Part shown: piece after piece, positions 19,008-28,693 of the stretch
Layout: the number at the start of each line of letters is the position of its first letter
How positions within the stretch are numbered: the first letter of the stretch is position 1
Assembly: GCA_046292385.1 (NCBI GenBank)
Contig: JBKBRF010000046.1
Coordinates: 1-54,061, forward strand
Length of the DNA stretch: 54,061 nt
Origin: Armatimonadota bacterium
GTDB lineage: Bacteria; Armatimonadota; SYMT01
Reading direction: 5' to 3'
Notes under the pieces: generated by a model
Told to the model about the DNA's origin: nothing
The model's input: only the letters and a program-made list of their open reading frames with translations
Database searches by the model: none
Translations under genes and position numbers: made by a program

Positions 19008-19718
19008 TCAGATCTTCTCCGCGCCGGACTGCGCCTTCTGCGTGTCGAGGCGGAAGCCGGGGCCCATCGTGCTGGAGAGGGTGATGCTCCGCAGGTAGCG
19101 GCCCTTGGCAGCGGACGGGCGCGCCTTGATGAGGGCGTTCAGCGCCGCATTGAAGTTCTCGATCAACTGCTCGCTGGTGAAGTTCACCTTACCGATCGGC
19201 ATGTGGACGATACCGGCCTTGTCGACGCGGTACTCCGCGCGGGAGGCGGTCTTGATGTCCCGGACCACGCGGCCGATGTCGTTGGTCACCGTGCCGGCGC
19301 GGGGGCTCGGCATGCGGGGGCCCAGCGTGCGGCCGAGGGTGCGACCCACGGCACCCATCATGTCCGGCGTCGCCAGGAGCACGTCGAAGTCGCGCCAGCC
19401 CTGCTGGATCTGCGTGATCAGCTCTTCGGCGCCCACGGTGTCGGCGCCGGCCGCCTCGGCTTCCGCCGCCTTCTCGCCCTTGGCGAAGACCGCGACCTTG
19501 CGGGTGCGGCCGGTGCCATGCGGCAGGTTGGTGGTGCCGCGGACCATCTGGTCGCCATGGCGAGGATCGACGCCCAGGCGCACCGCCACGTCCACCGTCT
19601 CCGGGAACTTCGCGGTCGCGGAGCGCTTCACCAGCTCCACCGCCTCCGCCAGCTCGTAGATCGCCTTCGTATCGAGGCCCTGAACCGCCTCGTTGTAGCG
19701 CTTACCGTGCTTAGCCAT
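19008..19718 (-). CDS. rplA: 50S ribosomal protein L1
   Basis: [39 protein letters not shown]. Confidence 0.98.
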   Translation of the reverse strand: MAKHGKRYNEAVQGLDTKAIYELAEAVELVKRSATAKFPETVDVAVRLGVDPRHGDQMVRGTTNLPHGTGRTRKVAVFAKGEKAAEAEAAGADTVGAEELITQIQQGWRDFDVLLATPDMMGAVGRTLGRTLGPRMPSPRAGTVTNDIGRVVRDIKTASRAEYRVDKAGIVHMPIGKVNFTSEQLIENFNAALNALIKARPSAAKGRYLRSITLSSTMGPGFRLDTQKAQSGAEKI

Positions 19719-19732
19719 CTGTAAATACTCCC

Positions 19733-19765
19733 GTGGTCAAACGGAGCCCACCGGGCTCCTCCCAT
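19733..19765 (-). promoter_or_regulatory. Putative L1-binding autoregulatory RNA site upstream of rplA
   Basis: Minus strand UGGGAG-GAGCCC-GGU-GGGCUCC-GUUUGACCAC, resembling known L1 operators, directly before the SD (GGGAG). Confidence 0.65.
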
Positions 19766-19773
19766 CCGTTAGC

Positions 19774-19906
19774 TAGGGGGTAGGGTTGAGGGGATAGGGT
19801 GTAGGGGCTGCGGAGCGGCTGTCGCCGCGTTCCCGTTATTCCGCCCGACCCTGCGGCCGAGCTAAACCCTGAACCCTGGACCCTATACCCTAGAGACTGA
19901 CCCTAG
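19774..19906. repeat. Inverted pair of heptamer arrays in the rplK-rplA spacer
   Basis: NAGGGNN x5 at 19774-19808; CCCTNNA x4 plus ccctag at 19867-19906 including the rplK stop. Confidence 0.88.
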
Positions 19907-20328
19907 CCGGCGACTTCGATGCCCATGCTGCGGGCGGTGCCGGCGATGATCTTCATCGCGGCGTCGATGTCGTTCGCGTTGAGGTCCGACATCTTCGTCT
20001 CGGCGATCTCGCGAAGCTGGGCCTGCGTCACGCTGCCGGCCTTCTCCTTCTTGTTGGCGCCGGAGCCGCGCGGCACGCCGGCTGCCTTCTTCAGGAGCTC
20101 GGCCGCGGGCGGGGTCTTGGTGACGAAGGTGAAGGTGCGGTCTTCGAAGACGGTGATCTCCACCGGGATCACCGTGCCTACCTGGGCGGCGGTGCGCTCG
20201 TTGTAGGTCTTGACGAACTCCATGATGTTGATGCCGTACTGGCCGAGCGCCGGGCCCACGGGGGGCGCGGGCGTCGCCTTGCCGGCAGGACACTGGAGTT
20301 TCACAACAGCCATTACTTTCTTGGCCAT
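19903..20328 (-). CDS. rplK: 50S ribosomal protein L11
   Basis: [37 protein letters not shown]. Confidence 0.98.
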   Translation of the reverse strand: MAKKVMAVVKLQCPAGKATPAPPVGPALGQYGINIMEFVKTYNERTAAQVGTVIPVEITVFEDRTFTFVTKTPPAAELLKKAAGVPRGSGANKKEKAGSVTQAQLREIAETKMSDLNANDIDAAMKIIAGTARSMGIEVAG

Positions 20329-20459
20329 AACGCTCTCCTACGGTCGCGGAGGCAGACTTTCGCCTCCGGGTAGTACTGGTTCGAGCAAACGCCCCGCGGG
20401 ATCGCGGGGCGGGAAGGTAGGGTACGGCCCGGCCAGCGGGCGCACCGGACGCAGGCCGG

Positions 20460-20984
20460 TTAGACGCGCTCGATCTGGTTGAACTCCAGCTCCAGCGGGG
20501 TGTCGCGGCCGAAAATGGAGATCAGAACCTTGACCTTCTGCTTCTCCAGGTTCACCTCTTCGATGGTGCCGTTGAAGTCCGCGAAAGGACCGGAAGTCAC
20601 GCGGATGACCTCGCCCTTCTGCCACTGCGGCCGCGTCTGCACGCCGCCGGACTCCAGCGCCTCCAGAATGTTGCGGACCTCGTGCTCCTGCAGCGGCACC
20701 GGCTTGTTGCCGGAGCTCACGAAGCCGGTCACGCCGATGGTGTTCTTCACCAGGTACCACGTCCGGTCGTCCAGATCCATCTCGATCAGGACGTAGCCGG
20801 GGAACACCTTCCGCTTGATGGTGGAGCGGCGCCCGTTGCGGTTGCGCGTCTCCTCCTCCGTGGGCACCAGGATCCGGTTGATCTTCTCCCGCAGGCCCAG
20901 GGACTCCGCTCGGCGCTCGATATTTGTCTTGACCTTATTCTCGTGACCGGAATAAGTGTGGACCGCGTACCAGGCTTTCGCCAT
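20460..20984 (-). CDS. nusG: Transcription termination/antitermination factor NusG
   Basis: WYAVHTYSGHENKV, KVFPGYVL, KOW GPFADFNG, IFGRDTP. Confidence 0.98.
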   Translation of the reverse strand: MAKAWYAVHTYSGHENKVKTNIERRAESLGLREKINRILVPTEEETRNRNGRRSTIKRKVFPGYVLIEMDLDDRTWYLVKNTIGVTGFVSSGNKPVPLQEHEVRNILEALESGGVQTRPQWQKGEVIRVTSGPFADFNGTIEEVNLEKQKVKVLISIFGRDTPLELEFNQIERV

Positions 20985-21002
20985 CGGAACCTCCGCTCGC
21001 CG

Positions 21003-21275
21003 TTAGAGTCGCACGCCCATCAGCCGCAGGATCGTCTGGAAGACGAAGCCCAGCGCCGTATCCCAGACGTAGATGAAGACACCGAGCAGAAGGATGACGG
21101 CGATCACAACCTGCGTCTGGGAGATCAGCTCCGTGCGCGTGGGCCACGTCGTCTTCCGCAGCTCGACCTGCACCTCGTCGAGATACTTCTTCATGCGCTG
21201 GAACGGCCCGTTGCCAGGAGTCTGGGCGGGGCCTTTCGCTGCCTTGACGGTTGCCGCACTTCTATCCGTCGCCAT
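21003..21275 (-). CDS. secE: Preprotein translocase subunit SecE
   Basis: ELRKTTWPTR plus one TM; directly upstream of nusG. Confidence 0.93.
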   Translation of the reverse strand: MATDRSAATVKAAKGPAQTPGNGPFQRMKKYLDEVQVELRKTTWPTRTELISQTQVVIAVILLLGVFIYVWDTALGFVFQTILRLMGVRL

Positions 21276-21547
21276 GATCGTCCTTTGATGCCTTCTGCTG
21301 CGCCTCCCCGGGCGCCGGAAGACGCGTGCGAATTCAAATCGGTTGAGAATGCTCGCCGCAGGCGCCGGAGTGGACACCGTGGCCTATACTGACTCTTTGC
21401 CGGAGCCCCTCCGGGCGAAACCCGCGCCGGGGCCGGAGCCGTCCCGGTGACTCAACGCAGGCGGCGCCGGAGATCTTGCAAAGGGGTGCTCTGCGAGCGG
21501 CGAGCCAAATAATTACAGAGGAGAGACACGCTCTCCTCCGCGCCGCG

Positions 21548-21576
21548 ATTATAGCAAGGCCCCCTGGGGGTGTCAA
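21548..21576 (-). promoter_or_regulatory. Sigma70 promoter of the secE-nusG-rplK-rplA unit
   Basis: Perfect consensus TTGACA (21576-21571), 17-nt spacer, TATAAT (21553-21548). Confidence 0.9.
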
Positions 21577-21702
21577 TGCTCAATTCAGGCCTGTACAGCC
21601 GGAAAGCAATCGGCGAGTCGCCCGGCCGTCGTGGTAAGACCTGAGAGGGAGCTCCCTCGCGCCGGCAACCGGTGCCATAAGGAAACGGTCAGTAGAGAAA
21701 AC

Positions 21703-23565
21703 ATGAGTCGCATCCTGGATGTGCAGAAGCTGCGCCTGCTCGACCAGCCAGACGAGCCGGAGATCGACCGGGTACTGGAGTGCGACATCCTGGTCGCCGG
21801 GGGCGGCGTGGGCGGGTGCGCCGCGGCGCTGGCCGCGTGCCGCGCGGGGCGCTCCGTGGTGCTCGCGGAGGAGACCGACTGGCTCGGCGGCCAGATGACG
21901 AGCCAGGGCGTCTCCGCGCTGGACGAGCACGCCCACATCGAGCAGTTCGGCGGCACCGCCACCTATTACGAGCTGCGCGAGCTGATCCGTGAGTTCTACC
22001 GGGAGCATACCCTCCTCTCCCCCGCCGGCGAGGATGCCGAGCCGCTGAACCCGGGGAACGGTTGGGTGAGCCGCCTCTGCTTCGAGCCGCGCGCGGCGCT
22101 GTGGGCGCTCGACCAGCTCCTGCAGCCGTTCGAGGCGGACGGGCGGCTGGTGGTCCTGGCCCGGCACCGCGCCGTCTGCGCCACGGTAGACGGCGACCGC
22201 GTGGAAGGCGTCGTCTTCCGCCACCTCGACGGGCCCGATCACGTGGAGGTGCGCGGCACCTTCGTGCTGGACGCCACCGAGTTGGGCGACTTACTGCCGC
22301 TCACCGGGACAGAGTACGTCACCGGCGCGGAAGCGGCGGCGGAGACGGGTGAGCCGCACGCTCGCGAGGACGGCCCCGCGCCGCGCTGCTCGCAGTCGTT
22401 CACCTATCCCTTCGTGCTGGAGCACCGTCCCGGGGAGCGCCACTCCGTCGCCCGCCCGGAGGGATACGAGCTGCACCGGGAGCGGCAGCCCTACACGCTG
22501 GAGCACCAGTATCCGGAGCCGGTGGGGTGGGTGCGCTACCGGATGTTCGAGACCGCGGAGAAGACCCCGGGCTCGTTCTGGGAGTACCGCCGGCTGATCG
22601 ACGCGGAGCTGTTCGAGGAGCCGACCCTCCGCCGTGACCTGGCGATGATCAACTGGCCGGGGAACGACTACCGCCACGGGCAGCTTATCGACGTGGAGCC
22701 GGAGGAGGCGCTGCGCGCGCTGGAGGAAGCCCGGCAGCTCAGCCTCGGCTTCTGCTACTGGCTGCAGAACGAGTGCCCGCGGGATGAGGGCGGTGCCGGT
22801 TACCCGGAGCTCCACCTGCGCCCCGACGTGCTCGATTCCGAGGAGGGGCTGGCCAAGTACCCCTACATCCGGGAGTCTCGGCGAATCCGCGCGCTCTCCA
22901 CCGTCGTGGAGACCGATATCGCCGCGGAGCACCAGCCGGGCGCCCGGGCGCGGCACTTCCGGGACAGCGGCGGCATCGGCTTCTACGGGATCGATATCCA
23001 CCCGGCGGAAGGCGAGACGAAGCTGCCGCCCGCCGCCACGCGACCATTCCAGATCCCGATCTCCACCCTGATTCCGGTGCGCGTCGAGAACCTCCTGGCC
23101 GCGGGCAAGAACCTGGGGGTCACGCACCTGACCAACGGGGCCTACCGGCTCCACCCGGTGGAGTGGAACGTCGGCGAGACGGCCGCCTACCTGGCAGCGT
23201 TCTGCATCGACCGCGGCCTCACGCCGAAGAGCGTGGTAGAAGACGCCCACCGCCTGCGGCGCTTCCAGCGGCGGCTGGTGCGATCCGGGGTGCCGCTTCA
23301 CTGGTACGTCGACGTGCCCCGCGGCCATCCCGCCTTCGAGGCCGCCCAGGTGCTGGCGGCCTGGGGGCTCTACACTGGCCGGCCCGGCTCCCTGGAGCTC
23401 GACCCGGACGGACTCGCCGGCGTGGAAGAGCTGGCAGCCTTTACCTGCGCTCCACAGTGGGCGCAGGAGCGCCTGGAGCGATTCCTCTCCCGCTGGCTCC
23501 CCCGCTGGTCCCAGCTCGACCGCGCCTCGCTGCTAGCCGCCGTCTACGACCTGCTGAACGTGTAG
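21703..23565 (+). CDS. FAD-dependent oxidoreductase (FAD_oxidored-like)
   Basis: DILVAGGGVGG, WLGGQMTSQGV, LDATELGD, YIRESRRI, YRLHPVEW. Confidence 0.88.
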   Translation: MSRILDVQKLRLLDQPDEPEIDRVLECDILVAGGGVGGCAAALAACRAGRSVVLAEETDWLGGQMTSQGVSALDEHAHIEQFGGTATYYELRELIREFYREHTLLSPAGEDAEPLNPGNGWVSRLCFEPRAALWALDQLLQPFEADGRLVVLARHRAVCATVDGDRVEGVVFRHLDGPDHVEVRGTFVLDATELGDLLPLTGTEYVTGAEAAAETGEPHAREDGPAPRCSQSFTYPFVLEHRPGERHSVARPEGYELHRERQPYTLEHQYPEPVGWVRYRMFETAEKTPGSFWEYRRLIDAELFEEPTLRRDLAMINWPGNDYRHGQLIDVEPEEALRALEEARQLSLGFCYWLQNECPRDEGGAGYPELHLRPDVLDSEEGLAKYPYIRESRRIRALSTVVETDIAAEHQPGARARHFRDSGGIGFYGIDIHPAEGETKLPPAATRPFQIPISTLIPVRVENLLAAGKNLGVTHLTNGAYRLHPVEWNVGETAAYLAAFCIDRGLTPKSVVEDAHRLRRFQRRLVRSGVPLHWYVDVPRGHPAFEAAQVLAAWGLYTGRPGSLELDPDGLAGVEELAAFTCAPQWAQERLERFLSRWLPRWSQLDRASLLAAVYDLLNV

Positions 23566-23568
23566 CCT

Positions 23569-23713
23569 CGTATTGCGTATTTCGTGTTGCGTTGCGGCGG
23601 GCGTTTACCGCTCTTCGCCCACGTCCTGCCGAGCGGAGCGCTGAAGAGCTTATCGCCCGGCAGGACGTAATGTGACGCGGAGAGAACATTCCGCAACGCA
23701 ATACGGAATACGC
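23569..23713 (+). repeat. Inverted CGTATTG-type heptamer arrays bracketing the intergenic spacer
   Basis: 23575-23597 pairs with 23691-23713 over 23 bp with two G-U pairs on the + strand. Confidence 0.8.
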
Positions 23714-23769
23714 CAGCATCGGAAGCAGTATCCGTCCCGTCGCCGCACACCACCCCGGAAGGAAGCCCG

Positions 23770-24552
23770 ATGTCCATCACCCGCCGCACGCTGCTGCTCG
23801 CACCCCTCGCCGGGCTGGTCGCCTCCCGGGCCGGCGCGGAGCCGATGCGGCCCGCGGAGGAGTTCCGGCTCCTGCCGCTGCGGGTGCACGTGCTGCAGTC
23901 TGAGCTGCTGACCGACCTGCACTGCAAGCTGGCCGACGCGGACCTCCGCCGGGTGCTCGGCAAGGTGAACGGAATCTGGCGGCCCGCCGGGATCCAGTTC
24001 TTCCCGGAGTCGATCCGCCGGGAGACCGCGGGGGCGGAGTCGCTGCTCCGCTCGCTGGGAGGGAACCGGACGCTGGACCACCTCCCGCTGGCGCGTCCGC
24101 GGGAGAGCCGGTCCGACCGGATGTTCCACGTCTACTACATCCGGGAGATGGGCCCGAACGGGATCTGCTTCGACGGCAGCGGTGAGAAGCTGTTCGTGAA
24201 GGAGACCGCGCGCCTGAACCCGGTGCCGGACGGAATCGACGAGCCGCTCCCGCGGGTGACGGCCCACGAGATCGGGCACGCGCTGCGCCTCCCCCACCGG
24301 CAGGACCGCACCAACCTGATGGCGAGCGGCACCAACGGCACCAGCCTGAACGAGGAGGAGATCGGCATCTCCCGCGCCGCGGCCGAGGCGCTGGAGTGGC
24401 ACCTCAAGCCGGCACCGGCGCTTTCCCACGCCGAGTCGCTGCGGGAGCAGCAGCCGGAGGCCGCCGCCGACCTGCTGGAAGTCCTGGCGCTGCTCCCGGA
24501 CGGCCCCACCGCGCAAGCCGCCCGCGCCGCCCGCCGGGCTCTCCGGGGCTAA
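23770..24552 (+). CDS. Exported zincin-like metallopeptidase
   Basis: Tat-like TRRTLL signal; HEIGHALRLPH and downstream NLM (Met-turn-like). Confidence 0.7.
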   Translation: MSITRRTLLLAPLAGLVASRAGAEPMRPAEEFRLLPLRVHVLQSELLTDLHCKLADADLRRVLGKVNGIWRPAGIQFFPESIRRETAGAESLLRSLGGNRTLDHLPLARPRESRSDRMFHVYYIREMGPNGICFDGSGEKLFVKETARLNPVPDGIDEPLPRVTAHEIGHALRLPHRQDRTNLMASGTNGTSLNEEEIGISRAAAEALEWHLKPAPALSHAESLREQQPEAAADLLEVLALLPDGPTAQAARAARRALRG

Positions 24553-24591
24553 CCTCCACCGAAAGGCTTCCCCCGCAATCGTCGCTGCGAG

Positions 24592-24768
24592 TCAATAGCC
24601 GAGCCAGGTCACGATTAGAACAAATGCGACCCAGGCAACCAAGGCACTTAGCGCCGCGATCGAGAATGCGAGGGCTGGTGCCGCCGACCTTAGAAGATAG
24701 ACGACAACCAATCCGGCTATCATCGCGACTCCGAACGAAACGACGAGGAGCAATCTGCCGCGCTGCAT
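24592..24768 (-). CDS. Small 58-aa two-TM membrane protein (absent from the ORF track)
   Basis: MQRGRLLLVVSFGVAMIAGLVVVYLLRSAAPALAFSIAALSALVAWVAFVLIVTWLGY; lower-GC patch; weak SD. Confidence 0.55.
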   Translation of the reverse strand: MQRGRLLLVVSFGVAMIAGLVVVYLLRSAAPALAFSIAALSALVAWVAFVLIVTWLGY

Positions 24769-24864
24769 TCTTCAACTCACGTCCGCGAATCTCTACGGGC
24801 AGGCCGTAGGATGGACCAATGCCTCGGGCATCCAGGATGAGAATGCGGCGACGACTGCCTCTAT

Positions 24865-24973
24865 CGCGGCCTCACCCCCGACCCCTCTCCTGAGAGAAGA
24901 GGGGAGCTATGGGTGCCAGGCAAGCCGACTCCCCCTTCCACTTCAGGGAAGGGGGTTGGGGGGTTAGGCCGCG
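24865..24973. repeat. Inverted doublet of CCTCACCCC...GGGGAG REP-like palindromes
   Basis: 24865-24906 and the reverse complement of 24929-24973 are homologous, each with an internal hairpin. Confidence 0.75.
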
Positions 24974-25026
24974 CCGAAGCGTCTAGCTCTCGCCGGCGGC
25001 ACAAAGCCTCATCAGCGCACACCCTC

Positions 25027-25077
25027 TCAGCCCGCGGAGGCGGGCTTCGTGCCGTTGTTGCAGCGACTTCAGTCGCC
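25027..25077. repeat. REP-like palindromes overlapping the phosphatase stop codon
   Basis: agcccgc-ggag-gcgggct and gcgact-tc-agtcgc hairpins. Confidence 0.6.
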
Positions 25078-25791
25078 CGACTTTGATCCAGGCGCCACCA
25101 GCTCCAGCTCGCGGTCCGGCAGGATCACGGCGCTCAGCGGGCCGCCGTAGGCCGCGCCGGTGTCGATGCCGATCTTCTCCGGGCGGACCAACGGCCGCCA
25201 GGGCATCTGGGAAAGGTCCGCCGGCGCCGGGCCGGAGCGGTCGTACTGGGGAGTGTGGCCGAAGACGACGACTTTCGGCCAGGCATAGTCGGAGTCGAGA
25301 AACGCCTCGCGGATCCAGAGGCACTCCTCTTCGGACGCGGCGGCGGGGTCGCAGCCGGGATAGAAGCCGGCGTGGACGTAGATCCCGTTCTCGTCCTCGT
25401 GCCAGAGCGGGAGCGAGTGGAGCAGCTCCAGGTGCTCCTCCGGGAGCTCGCTCTGCCAGTCCCAGGTCCAGCCCCGGCCGGTGTAGCTGGCGATCGTCTC
25501 CAGGCCGCCGTTGCGGATCCAGACCTCCGGGTCGAGCTGCGGATCGTCGGAGATGAAGTCGAGCATCATCGCCTCGTGGTTGCCGCGCAGCGGCGTGACG
25601 GGGCCGTTCCACCCCCCGGCCCGCAGCGCCAGCACCTGGTCCAGCACGCCGCGGCTGTCCGGGCCGCGGTCGATGTAGTCCCCCACGAAGACGAGCGCGT
25701 CACCCGGCTGGGCGCGGGCGGTGAGCTGCTCCATCAGCTTCCGGAGCAGCTCCGCATGGCCGTGAATATCACCGACTACAAAGGTACGCAC
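25069..25791 (-). CDS. Calcineurin-like metallophosphoesterase (Ser/Thr phosphatase, PphA-like)
   Basis: GDIHG, GDYIDRG, RGNHE, VHAG, FGHT, IDTG. Confidence 0.92.
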   Translation of the reverse strand: MRTFVVGDIHGHAELLRKLMEQLTARAQPGDALVFVGDYIDRGPDSRGVLDQVLALRAGGWNGPVTPLRGNHEAMMLDFISDDPQLDPEVWIRNGGLETIASYTGRGWTWDWQSELPEEHLELLHSLPLWHEDENGIYVHAGFYPGCDPAAASEEECLWIREAFLDSDYAWPKVVVFGHTPQYDRSGPAPADLSQMPWRPLVRPEKIGIDTGAAYGGPLSAVILPDRELELVAPGSKSGD

Positions 25792-25821
25792 GGGTCACCG
25801 CCCTACTCCATTCGAGTCTGC

Positions 25822-26115
25822 TCAGATCTCGTAGTCGACCACGATCACGTCCGCCTTGATCGGCGCCACGTAGGTGTCCACGCAGCCGCGGTGCGCCGGG
25901 TGCGGCAGGTAGGTCTCCAGCGCGGCGCGGTCGGTAAAGCGGACCACCAGCCCGACTTCGAATCCCTGGTTCCGGCTGCTGAAGTTGCGTCCTACGCTGA
26001 GGTCCACGATGCCGGGGATCTTGTCACGCAGCGCCTTCAGCTCGGAGACCATGCGCTCCAACTGCTCCTCCGTGGCGTCCGGGGTGGTCTTAAAGAGGAC
26101 GACGTGCTCGACCAT
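25822..26115 (-). CDS. Dabb family stress-responsive alpha/beta barrel protein
   Basis: HVVLFK, IPGIVDLSVG, YLPHPAH. Confidence 0.9.
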   Translation of the reverse strand: MVEHVVLFKTTPDATEEQLERMVSELKALRDKIPGIVDLSVGRNFSSRNQGFEVGLVVRFTDRAALETYLPHPAHRGCVDTYVAPIKADVIVVDYEI

Positions 26116-26212
26116 TGCGTTCCTTTCAACTGGATTTCCGTTCCGGAGCAGTCTGCGCTCCGGTTAGTAGTGTAGTGCGGCCTGCCCCATCCCGGCCGGA
26201 GGGCGGCGGCGA

Positions 26213-27256
26213 TCAGTCGATCTCCACCCCGACCGCCCGCGCGCTCTCCGCGAACTGGCGCCAGGTCTCCTCGTCGATGGAGATCCCCTCCCGCCGGCGC
26301 CGCGCTTCCATCCGCAGCTCCGGCTCGCCCGGCATCAGGATCTCCTCCACGCCCGGCGCGGGGGGCGAGGCCTTGACGTACTGCTCCAGGGTAGAGACCT
26401 GCTCCAGAAACTCATCCCTCGGCACGAGCGTCTCGATGCCGAGCACGTGGAAGTACATGGCGTTGCCCAGGCGAGCGGTGGCGCTCTGGCTGCAGCCGCC
26501 GCCGGAGAGCGCGCCGGCGAGGAGATCGACCATGATCCCGAGCGCGAAGCCCTTGTGCCCCACGGGGCCGCCGAACGGCAGGATCGCGCCGCGCGGCGAG
26601 CTGTACAGGTCGTTCGGATCGGTGCTCGGACGGCCCTGGTTATCGATGATCCACCCCTCCGGCACCGGCTTCCCGGCGTTCCGCATCACCCGGACCTTCC
26701 CCTCCGCCACCACGCTGGTGGTGATGTCGACCAGGATCGGCCGCTCCGGGCCGGGACAGGCGAAGGAGAGCGGATTCGTGGCGAGGCGGCCGTCGCTGCC
26801 GCCGAACGGGGCGACCAGGTTGCCGCGGCCGTGGTTGTTCACGGCGGCGAAGCAGAGGAACCCCTCTTGCGCGGCGCGCAGGGTATACTCGCCCAGCCGG
26901 CCCAGGTGGTTGCTGTTCCGCACGCTCACCGTGCCGCTGCCGACCTCCCGCGCTTTGCGGATCGCGAGTCCGATCGCCCGGTGCGCCACCACCGGGCCGA
27001 AGTTCCAGCCGCCGTCCAGCAGCGCGACCGCCGGAGTCTCCCGGACCACCGTCGTCGGCGCTCCCGGCACGATCTCGCCCGATTCAACCATCTTGGCATA
27101 CTGCTCGATTCGAATGATTCCGTGAGAATCGTGGCCGGCCAGGTTCGCCCCGGCCAGGGCGGCGGCGACGAGCTCCGCCTCTTCCGGCGGACAGCCCAAA
27201 GCCATGGCGACGCGAGTGGTGACGGAGAGGAGCTGTGGGTAGGTTACGAGTGGCAC
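26213..27256 (-). CDS. Ldh_2 family (malate/L-lactate/sulfolactate) oxidoreductase
   Basis: GHDSHG, SNHLGRLGEY, LATNPL, GHKGFAL, MPGEPE. Confidence 0.9.
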   Translation of the reverse strand: MPLVTYPQLLSVTTRVAMALGCPPEEAELVAAALAGANLAGHDSHGIIRIEQYAKMVESGEIVPGAPTTVVRETPAVALLDGGWNFGPVVAHRAIGLAIRKAREVGSGTVSVRNSNHLGRLGEYTLRAAQEGFLCFAAVNNHGRGNLVAPFGGSDGRLATNPLSFACPGPERPILVDITTSVVAEGKVRVMRNAGKPVPEGWIIDNQGRPSTDPNDLYSSPRGAILPFGGPVGHKGFALGIMVDLLAGALSGGGCSQSATARLGNAMYFHVLGIETLVPRDEFLEQVSTLEQYVKASPPAPGVEEILMPGEPELRMEARRRREGISIDEETWRQFAESARAVGVEID

Positions 27257-27466
27257 GGCAAGGTCCTCGCTGGAACAGTGCGACGCCGAGCCAGTTAACC
27301 GCCACCCATCCGGGAACCTCTGCCGCGAGCGGCGGAAGTGCTCTGTACGATTTCATGTAGAACAATCGCCGGTCATACAGGACGTGCCGCGCCGACGGCG
27401 AAGTAGTAAAGCAGCAGTAGCCTTGCAGGCGCGGCCGGTGCCGCTGATGACCGTCTCATCACTCCT

Positions 27467-28447
27467 ATGCCACTCCTGACTCAAACCGGGCGTGCCGAGC
27501 TGCCGATCCTGGTGGTCGACGACGACCCCTCGATCCGCGGGATGCTGCAGACCGGGCTCCAGACCTTCGGCTTCGAGGTGGTGACCGCCGCCGGGGTGGA
27601 AGAAGCGCGCCGCATGCTGCAGTCCCGGCCGTTTCAGATGGTGCTCTGCGACTACGACATGCCGGACGGCAACGGGATGGACGTACTCTCCTACGTCGAC
27701 CAGGTGCTGACGGAGCTGCCGGTCATCATGCTGACGGGTCACACCGAAGTCCCGCTGGCGAGCCGCGCCATCCGGAACGGCGCGACCGACTACCTCTGCA
27801 AGCCGGTCAGCATCCGGCAGCTGATCCGCGTGATCGAGCAGAACCGCGCCCGCGTGGAGCGCGACCGGGAGCGCGCCGCCCGGCTCACCGAAGAAGTGCT
27901 GACCGGCACCATCCGGGCGCTGGTCGCCGCCGTCGACGCCAAGGACCCCCACACCGCCTCCCACTCTTCCCGGGTTACCCGCCTGGCCCTGAAGCTCGGC
28001 GGCGCGCTCGGGCTCTCGCCCGAGCGGCTCCGGGTGCTGGAGTTCTCCGCGCTGCTGCACGACGTCGGCAAGATCGGGGTCCCCTCCGCCATCCTCCGCA
28101 AGCCGGGCCCGCTGACGGAGGAAGAGTGGATCGTCATCAAGCGGCACCCCGTCGCCAGCGCGGAGATCGTGAACCAGGTCGACGCGCTCGGAGAGGTGGC
28201 GACCATCGTGCGCCACCACCACGAGCGGGTGGACGGCGGCGGCTACCCGGACGGGCTGGTCGGCGCGGCGATCCACCCGTTCTCCCGGATGATCGCCATC
28301 GCGGATGTCTATGAGGCGCTCACCGCCGACCGCGCTTATCGCCCCGCCCGCTCCCCCGAGGAGGCTCGCCGCCTCATCCGGGAAGGGATCGGTACGCAGT
28401 TTGATCCCGCGATGGCCCGCTGCTTTCTCGAGATGCCCGAGCTCTGA
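27467..28447 (+). CDS. Response regulator with REC and HD-GYP phosphodiesterase domains
   Basis: VVDDD, DYDMPD, LLHDVGK, HHERVDGGGYPDGL. Confidence 0.93.
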   Translation: MPLLTQTGRAELPILVVDDDPSIRGMLQTGLQTFGFEVVTAAGVEEARRMLQSRPFQMVLCDYDMPDGNGMDVLSYVDQVLTELPVIMLTGHTEVPLASRAIRNGATDYLCKPVSIRQLIRVIEQNRARVERDRERAARLTEEVLTGTIRALVAAVDAKDPHTASHSSRVTRLALKLGGALGLSPERLRVLEFSALLHDVGKIGVPSAILRKPGPLTEEEWIVIKRHPVASAEIVNQVDALGEVATIVRHHHERVDGGGYPDGLVGAAIHPFSRMIAIADVYEALTADRAYRPARSPEEARRLIREGIGTQFDPAMARCFLEMPEL

Positions 28448-28693
28448 GCCGAAATCAGCGGTTTCGACGCGAGGAGCAGGTTGGTACTCTGAAGTACGAA
28501 GCTGAAGAGAGGCTTGTCGTCCGGGATTCGGACTGGCCCCGGAGCTCTGCGAACGGGTTCCGGGGTCTTTCGCGTCGTAGCTTTCCCCTCCCCGCTCGGG
28601 ACGCGAAGAAAGGACCGTGCCGTATTGGAAACCCCTGCGATCGTCCCGCCCACCCGCATCTATCGCCGCAGCCTTCCCGGCGCGGACTTCTCC

